Shown here one piece after another: positions 56,701-64,000 of a stretch of 64,000 nt of DNA (position 1 is its first letter; every line of letters starts with the position of its first letter). Both the position numbers and the translations under genes were made by a program. The stretch lies in contig CM120640.1 of NCBI GenBank assembly GCA_051362555.1, positions 57,700,788 through 57,764,787 on the forward strand, read 5' to 3'. Source of the stretch: Lingula anatina (taxonomy: Eukaryota > Animalia > Brachiopoda). The notes below the pieces were generated by a model. It did not search any database and was not told the DNA's origin. It was given only the letters and a program-made list of their open reading frames with translations.

Positions 56701-58932
56701 GAAAGATGTCGGCAGCCTATCTCTGAGTCTCCTAATATAATTAATGCGCATATGGTGGATGAAAGCTTTGTTCTCTGGGCAGAGTTCGTTGTGTCGGTTA
56801 ATGAACCCTTTCACAAATCTGAGAGATGGAAACATTAAGATATCTAAATCCTGTACTTTGATACAAGTATATTTGTAAAATAAATCATTTCCATTTCCAT
56901 GTATGCATACATGTAAACTGACGAACTGAATTTAGAAGAATGAATTGATAATAATCTAAAGAATAATAAATAAACCCAAAGGCTAATAATGTAACTAGTG
57001 TCAGAAATGTTTTTTTTTTTTCTAAAACGCTTCTTGAACCTACTTTCGAATACACAATGCCGCACGTTTTCGTCTTTTGAGCTCTTGCCGTGCCAGGTAA
57101 CTCCGCCAGTGAGCAGCTATGATAACCGCTGAAATAAATATTTTGCCAAGTTTTAAATAATTATTCTAAATAGGATTCTGAAGGTGAATACCTCACTATA
57201 TGCCTATACTTACATCGCCTTTTTTTCTACTTGAAAAAAGGGAAGTATGTAATACTGCTTCAATACAATTTTTCAATTTTAACCATGACATCTTACCTGC
57301 CCATTTCATCTTGAGAAACTTCTGCCTGTAGTAATATGCTCTGAAACAGCACTGGATGATACTGGCTAGTGACAGAAAATAGGAGCAATGGCTAAATAAC
57401 ATTTACAGATGCATTTAGGTGTTTTCACTTGCTGGGTGTGACACATTTGGGAGCACTAAACTGAACTTTAAATCAAACAAATTCACCAGGCTCGTGTAGG
57501 CCTAAACTTAAAGCAGCACAACGTTTTAATCTTACGTCTATTGTTCTGTGATGAAAGGTGTAATAATAATAACAACTGAACTTTTATTTGATTTAATATT
57601 TCATCATCTATGCCACTCTCAAGAAGAACGAGCTCCGTATTTCCACTCACCAAATCGGTTCCTGGATTCTTGCAATACATCCTCAATTGCAAACAGCGTT
57701 TCTGGCAACCGAATAAAAATCTTGGTCCTTGAAATTGATAATACAGGTAGAAAATAAATAACTCTTTAAATGTCGAAAGAGGCAAAATTTTAACCCAATA
57801 AATCAACATACATTTTCATACCAATTTACAAATCAAATCATACAGGAAAAGTAGGCAAGTACCTTTTATGCATATCAAAATTTCTACGCAATTTTCTCTC
57901 AATAATGAGTGACAAAATACTTCTCCTCTTTTAAACTCTTTTACTTTTTTAAACAAAGACCATTACACGTGACTTGACTTACTCTCCCAGTCTGAAGTCG
58001 TCTTCTTTCATTGGCAGATACTTCACAAGCAGCTGTGTACCATGTCTTGCAGTACCATGGAACACGGGCCACGTTTCCTTTGATAAGCATTTGTATCTAA
58101 GTTAGAAAAAATACGTTAAAGCAGCTTTATCAAGCTTATAGAAACCCCTAGTGCTTGATTAAAAAAAAAACAAATATACTAAGGCTTGCAAGATTTTTTT
58201 ATTTTCAATGGCTACTTACATCCATCAAAAAAAAAAAAAATCCTACCTACCTTCTGAAGAAAACTTCGTATGGCCGTCTGTAAGCAAAGCCCGCTCTTCG
58301 AAGTCGGACATTTTCCAGTAAGCCTAAATAGGTGACCTGGTGTCTTACAAGCCTTTCATCAAAAGTGTCTGAAATTTTCAACAATTAGATATTATTGTTT
58401 AATCATACTCACTGCCAATGGCGCGCTATAACTTTTGTTTCGTGCGTGTCGAAATGATGAATGTGACATCGTGTTAAGCACCGCGCATTTGATTTCACGC
58501 ACCAAAAGATATGTTCAATTTGAGTGCAGGAGGCTTTTTCAAGCTAAAAATAAGAGCATGCAATTCACACCAAAATGGAATCTGAATATTATATTAAGAT
58601 GTTACGTTAACTCTCTTTCTTACATGCCCTCTTGTTGTTATTAGGCTTGATGCAGCGGACGTAACATGGTTGTTTAGACATCAAAATGTCCATCAGCTCG
58701 GCTAGACTTGTCCGGAACTGGGACCCTGCCTAAATATAACACGGGTTTTGCATATACGCATATATGTGTCATCAGCTTGGCATACATGTCAAAGTAAAAA
58801 AGAACACATGAACAAATCTTTTTCTCCTTTTTGTACTGGCTAACTGGAGAAACATTTTGTTTCGATATTATCTTTTAAGTGAATTATCTGTACATGTTTT
58901 CAAAATCTAGAGCACATGCACATACAGAAAAT

Positions 58933-58963
<31 letters not shown>

Positions 58964-61114
58964 CGGTTATTGACGGATGCTACTTGACGATGAATTAAAT
59001 CTAAGAAACTCGCGTTAGGGAAGTGTCTCACTTACAGTAACAGGTCTTTTCTTGTTGTCGGCACAGATTTCCTCTTTTGGGAAACAGTCGGAACTCACTC
59101 TGTTCTTTGACTCACTGATGACCTATGTATGAAACATAATTTGGTGTAAAATACACTTACAAAGACCGATATAAAACAGGTTTATAGATGGGATTTTGAC
59201 AAATGCTAAATATAATCTTTTTTGAGTAATAGATTTCGTATTATAGTAACTTGATGCATGCAATTCTGTCTCGCGTACCTCCTTCAAGTTTCTAAAGAGT
59301 AGGTCATTGTTTTTGTCCATGAACCCACGTAGTTTGTACGTCACATCACCGGCGTAGTGCAATATCCGAAACTCCTAGAAAATTAGAAACGTACTGGTTT
59401 GATAGAGCTTTTGAAAGAGAAGCATAATTAACTATATTTTGCCACAGTCGAATTACATTCCATCACAACTTCATGTAAAGAATGAACCACTTTTTTTCTC
59501 TTGCTGAATCAAAACAAATCATACATACATAATCAGTAATAGCCAAGATTACTTAAAAACATTGTATTTTATAAATATATATATTCATAAATATGTACAA
59601 AATAAAGATCGCCTTGGAAAATATTACATCTAGAACAGGTTGTTTTCCACTTACCCCTCTCTCTCTCTCTAAGATATCTAATTACCGTTGCTCATTGTTA
59701 CAAACTGAACATGATGGTTGAAAATGTTTGCAAATCAAAATTGATAGAGAATGTACAAAACTTACGTCCTGTTTAAGTGTTCGTCTAATTTGATATTCTG
59801 CTGTGGCATGGCACACAAAGTGGGGGTGCGTGCCAAACGTGTCTGCAAGCTTTTCTAGAAATGTGAAATCAGTGGCATCCCCCGGTCTCAAACACTCTTC
59901 GTCCTAGAACATATCCATACTTATTTTTATAGAACGTCTTATTTTTTTAAAGAAAAGTATTTCTGCAATGACACCTAAATGCAAAATGTGAAATTATGGT
60001 AAGTGACGGGACCAGTTCGCAACAAAGCACGTATGAGTAAAATGGTGCCTATTAAAACTGTATTGCAATACAAATTCGCTGTGTGCAGTGGCATTTTATT
60101 GTTAAAACACTTCAGTTAACTAGTAATAAAACAAGCCTGTAAAAGATGGAACTGCACGTAGTTGACATACCAAAATTGCCATGATTCCTACTGGCTTAGC
60201 GTCGATTAAGTCACAGATGATTTTGTTATTAAAGAACTGTACTGGTTCCCACTGAAATACATTTACACATATAAAGATACAAAACACTGATTACCATGAT
60301 ATGAAACGCAAACATGACGAAACATACAAAAATGGAACACTCTCCAAGCAGAGGTACAAACTGCTTAGAATTGTTTAAAACTAAAACTAAACATCTATGA
60401 TACACCCAGAGACCATAAGAACTTTAGTATATGCACTGCCCAGGCCTGTATTTAATTCGTTTCCGAGCAAAATGAGATATAAAAATAAACGACTACATAA
60501 CAAAATACACTGTAAAGAGTAATAAATAAATAAAATAGACCGTACAAAAAGAAACCTTGAGTAAAAGGTCACCAACTATCATGATCAATCATTTCATGTT
60601 GTGTTGTACTAGTAAATATCTTTCCAAAGCCAACTGCTCTTGCCCAGCACTTACCTCAATACCTTCATTAATGTATTCATCTTGCTCTGATTTCAGGGTT
60701 AGGGTGATGAAAAGCTGTTGCAGCTTCTCGTTACAGTAGTTGATGCAAAACTGCTCAAAGCTAAAAGAATAGGACAAGGGTGGATGCACAGTGCATTTAC
60801 CGGAACACATTGTACTGAAACACACTGATCTTCATCATTGCTGTATCGAGGAAGTATGAAAAAAAAGTGTTGGGCCCTGAGCCATTCCTCTCTTTGATAG
60901 ATATTGGGACTGGATCTCCCATTTTTTTCTGAGCACGCTCAAATGTACGTTATGCATTGATTTAGGATGATACTTTACGAAAACCATTCATCATGCGGAT
61001 TGTTAAGAGAGAAAACTAAACCAACCTGTTGTGAAGAAATACTTCAAATCCGTAAATGTCCAATAACCCCATAACTGGCTTGACCTCTTCGTCCTAATAA
61101 CACGAGCAAAAAAA

Positions 61115-61145
<31 letters not shown>

Positions 61146-64000
61146 GAATAACGAACGACATAATGACGTTATTGTTTTTTTTCTTTTTTCTTCAACTTAT
61201 CATAATACACAGGATAGTTTAATATAAATATAGTTAGGCCTGTCCGACCTGTAAAATGAAAGCAAAACAAACGAAGAACCAAAAACAGACACACCTCTTT
61301 GGCTCCTAGTGAATCATTAATTCTTTTGACAAGCCATGAAAAGAGTCGGTCATAAATTCCTTTCGCCAACGCATCTCTAGCGTGAATGGCTTGTTCTTTT
61401 GTCAACGGGGTCACCACCTGTAAGCAATTTAATTAAGTTTTATAACATTTGTCTATTTTTTCTTTTTTCTGATAACAATTATTCATAAATGAACTGCTCT
61501 ATTAGCCTACATCACTTTCTGTATGGGAAACCCGGCCCGTTGGACAAATGCAGTCTACACGCGGCCTGCAACAATTGACTGTATTTTTCAGTGAAACTGT
61601 ATGATAAACTTTTTAGATATAACTTATAGTCATAAATAGCAAAATACACTAACCTTTTCTCCTCTGACATCTATAGTTCGATTGAGCAAACCCCGAAGCA
61701 GTTTTTCCTCTTTACAGCCCAACAACTAAGTGAAAAAGAAACGCTCCTATAAAATCACATCCAACATGAATAATATGTAATTTGTATAGGGAAATTTGTC
61801 GAATATCGATGCAATCCAGCCGAGAAACCCTGTTAGCTAACGTACCTGACTGACGATTTCTACTGGGACTTTATTCATGACGTCAGCACTGCCGCCTCTC
61901 TCTGATGCAAACTTCATATTCCCGAGATGCATGACTGCTGCGACTACTGTAAACAATTCCTAAAGCAGAATCAAACAAAAATATTAATGTTTTTAATGTG
62001 GACAAATATGAATACAATTGCGACAACGAATTGTAAGATTCACGACTTGATTGACTCACAAAAAGTGCAGTCGCGTTCTATTAAACCTGTAGTAAGTCCT
62101 TGTAAAAAGGTGCGTTTAACGTGATAAGTATATCGATGACGACATGAAACATATTCAAGGATCACATTGCTGCTAAATCGAAGTCATACCATCTGGTCAC
62201 TCTCTTTAATCTCGCATATTTCCATAGCTTTTCTCATCTCTCCGAATTCTGCGGCATCGTCAATTGTATTGACCGAAATACACTGCCCCTAAAATGATAT
62301 TGTGTGTAAAAAAATTGAAAGCAGTATTGCATTTATCACTTTTCTGACCGGCATGTGCTTATTTGAAAATGAAAAAGGAGGAATCAAGAAGCAGGGTGGT
62401 GGTTTACAATATTTATTATAAAAAGCTACATAAGAAGATAATGTAAACTTGTATTCAGTCTAACACAAATTTAACGATAAGCGAGAATAGGTTAGAAAGT
62501 CAAATTGCAATGCAATAATGGAAGGTGGCTTAGCATATAAGAAAGTTAAGATTGCAATGTATAACAAACTGAACAAATGACAAATAAGAAATATACATGG
62601 GGCCCTGTAGGAAAACACCTTGTGTTTTATTTCTTTCGAAATTTCAAAACTGTTTTAACTGTTTTAAAGAGAAGAAAATTTTCACGTTCAATGTCGTTGA
62701 ATAAAATCTCGATGTCAACTAACCTTACAAAGAATCGCATACGAGTTTGGATCTTTGTGAAGTCGAAGATGATCTAATAGTTTTCTATCTCCGCTGGCCA
62801 GCAACTAGGAAGAAAATGTAAGAATTGGGTCCTTGCTGTTTTCTTAGAACATGTTATACATATTCACAAGCAAGATGGCCTCGATATCTTTAATAAAAAC
62901 ACAATAAAAACCACCTATTGTATTACTGAATCGAAAATAAGGTAAAGTACAAAGTATTATACCTGATAGAATATATGGAAATTTCTCTCTCCGGTTGTTT
63001 GGTTGACAATTCTAGATTTTTCTAGTAGGTAGTTGAGGATATGACCGCCTACGGGATGTCCCTGAAATGCCACAGACTGTCACTTTGCACACAGCTGACT
63101 GAATAGATTCCCTGCGATACATGTATAGATCTACAGGGTGGTCCATAAAAAACGACCTATTCCCCCCCTCTAAAAGATGGTTCTAATGATATTGCCCCAT
63201 TATATTTTAGGTGATATAGAGCAGAGCCCCAACAATTCTTCTGATATGTATACTGCCTGTTCAGATCCATATTGGTACCAGAAGAATTGTCTGGGACTCT
63301 ATAAATACTGAAGCACTATCATTAGAAATATTTTTAGAGGGAAAACAAAAAAGGTCTTTTTTTATGAATCACCCTGTCTTTAATAATATTCAAATGACGT
63401 ATAAAATGACATGTGCAGAATCCAATCAGGCACAAAGGCCTTTATTTTCGACTACTTAATTTTATTTATTTAGAAGGACGTTACAAAGGACTCGGTTTCG
63501 CGATTCACCCGTGGAATTGTATGCTGCTCATTCAAATAAATGTTATACGAATGTGTGCAGTTCTTTCTTTGTTATGCTTTTTAATTCATAATGCTATTTG
63601 TATCTTAAGTTTACCGACCTTGATACTGAACTGTATGTCCATGTACTTGCCAAACCGACTAGAGTTGTCGTTTCTCGTTGTCTTTGCGTTTCCAAAAGCC
63701 TAAGGAAGAGAAAGAATCAATTCCTAAAATAATTTGAAAATAAATATAGTAATTGCGTTTTTACCCGGAACACATTTTTGTTTCAGTGTGTGCTTGCACT
63801 TACAGCTTTCAAACACATGCTACACATACATGTAATAACTGGAATTTCAACATATGAGTAGACAAGTAAACATACAAGTTAAAACGTTGCTTACTTCTAG
63901 GATAGGATTTGATTGTAACAGCCGTTTCTTGACTTGGTCTACCTTCACTGTGTGTGGACAGCTGGCGGCTATATAGTGCAAGATTTTTTTGGTAGCTTCG
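53778..64000 (-). CDS. MYO1C: Unconventional class I myosin, myosin-IC-like (5'-truncated by window)
   Basis: Exons encode EATKKIL...SNPILE (64000-63895), [19 protein letters not shown] (63699-63619), LLEKSRIV...[75 protein letters not shown], two IQ motifs and a TH1 domain ([18 protein letters not shown]). The protein ends ELRV|[15 protein letters not shown] (53825-53778). The 1C subtype is inferred from tail motifs. Confidence 0.92.
63134..63376. mobile_element. Tc1/mariner-like MITE in a myosin intron
   Basis: Ends read ta|cagggtggtccataaaaaa ... tttttatgaatcaccctg, with internal inverted similarity. Confidence 0.7.

Noticed and set aside
53778-64000. Myosin I as a novel or degenerate motor
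   Set aside because: Switch I/II, relay, IQ and TH1 motifs look ordinary, and the TEDS-site region is acidic (RGEK).

Overview
Eukaryotic, AT-rich, intron-dense animal DNA, probably molluscan or other lophotrochozoan (inferred from gene and repeat types). Three host genes are readable from GT-AG exons. (1) A giant + strand gene (5' end outside the window, stop at 44288; about 50 exons, about 3,890 codons in the window by my exon sum). It chains the C-terminal domain of one M1/aminopeptidase-N module, a Thr-rich linker, two IgGFc-binding (FCGBP N-terminal-like) domains, a long Thr/Pro/Ala mucin-like region and two more complete aminopeptidase-N modules. Both complete modules have lost GAMEN, HEXXH, the distal Glu and the catalytic Tyr but keep intact reading frames, which points to a pseudo-peptidase/mucin scaffold protein. 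One junction (10986 to 12374) is not resolved. (2) A - strand Hv1-like voltage-sensor protein with the S1 Asp but an unusual S4 (RLWRIREVIR). (3) A - strand myosin-IC-like gene (5' end outside the window). A 13.4-kb intron of gene 1 holds a young, full-length Ty3/Gypsy element: apparently identical 652-bp LTRs, ACAT TSD, gag and pol separated by a single in-frame UGA, a chromodomain and an env-like remnant. Nested non-autonomous DNA elements lie next to it. All coordinates were read by eye; no database searches were run.
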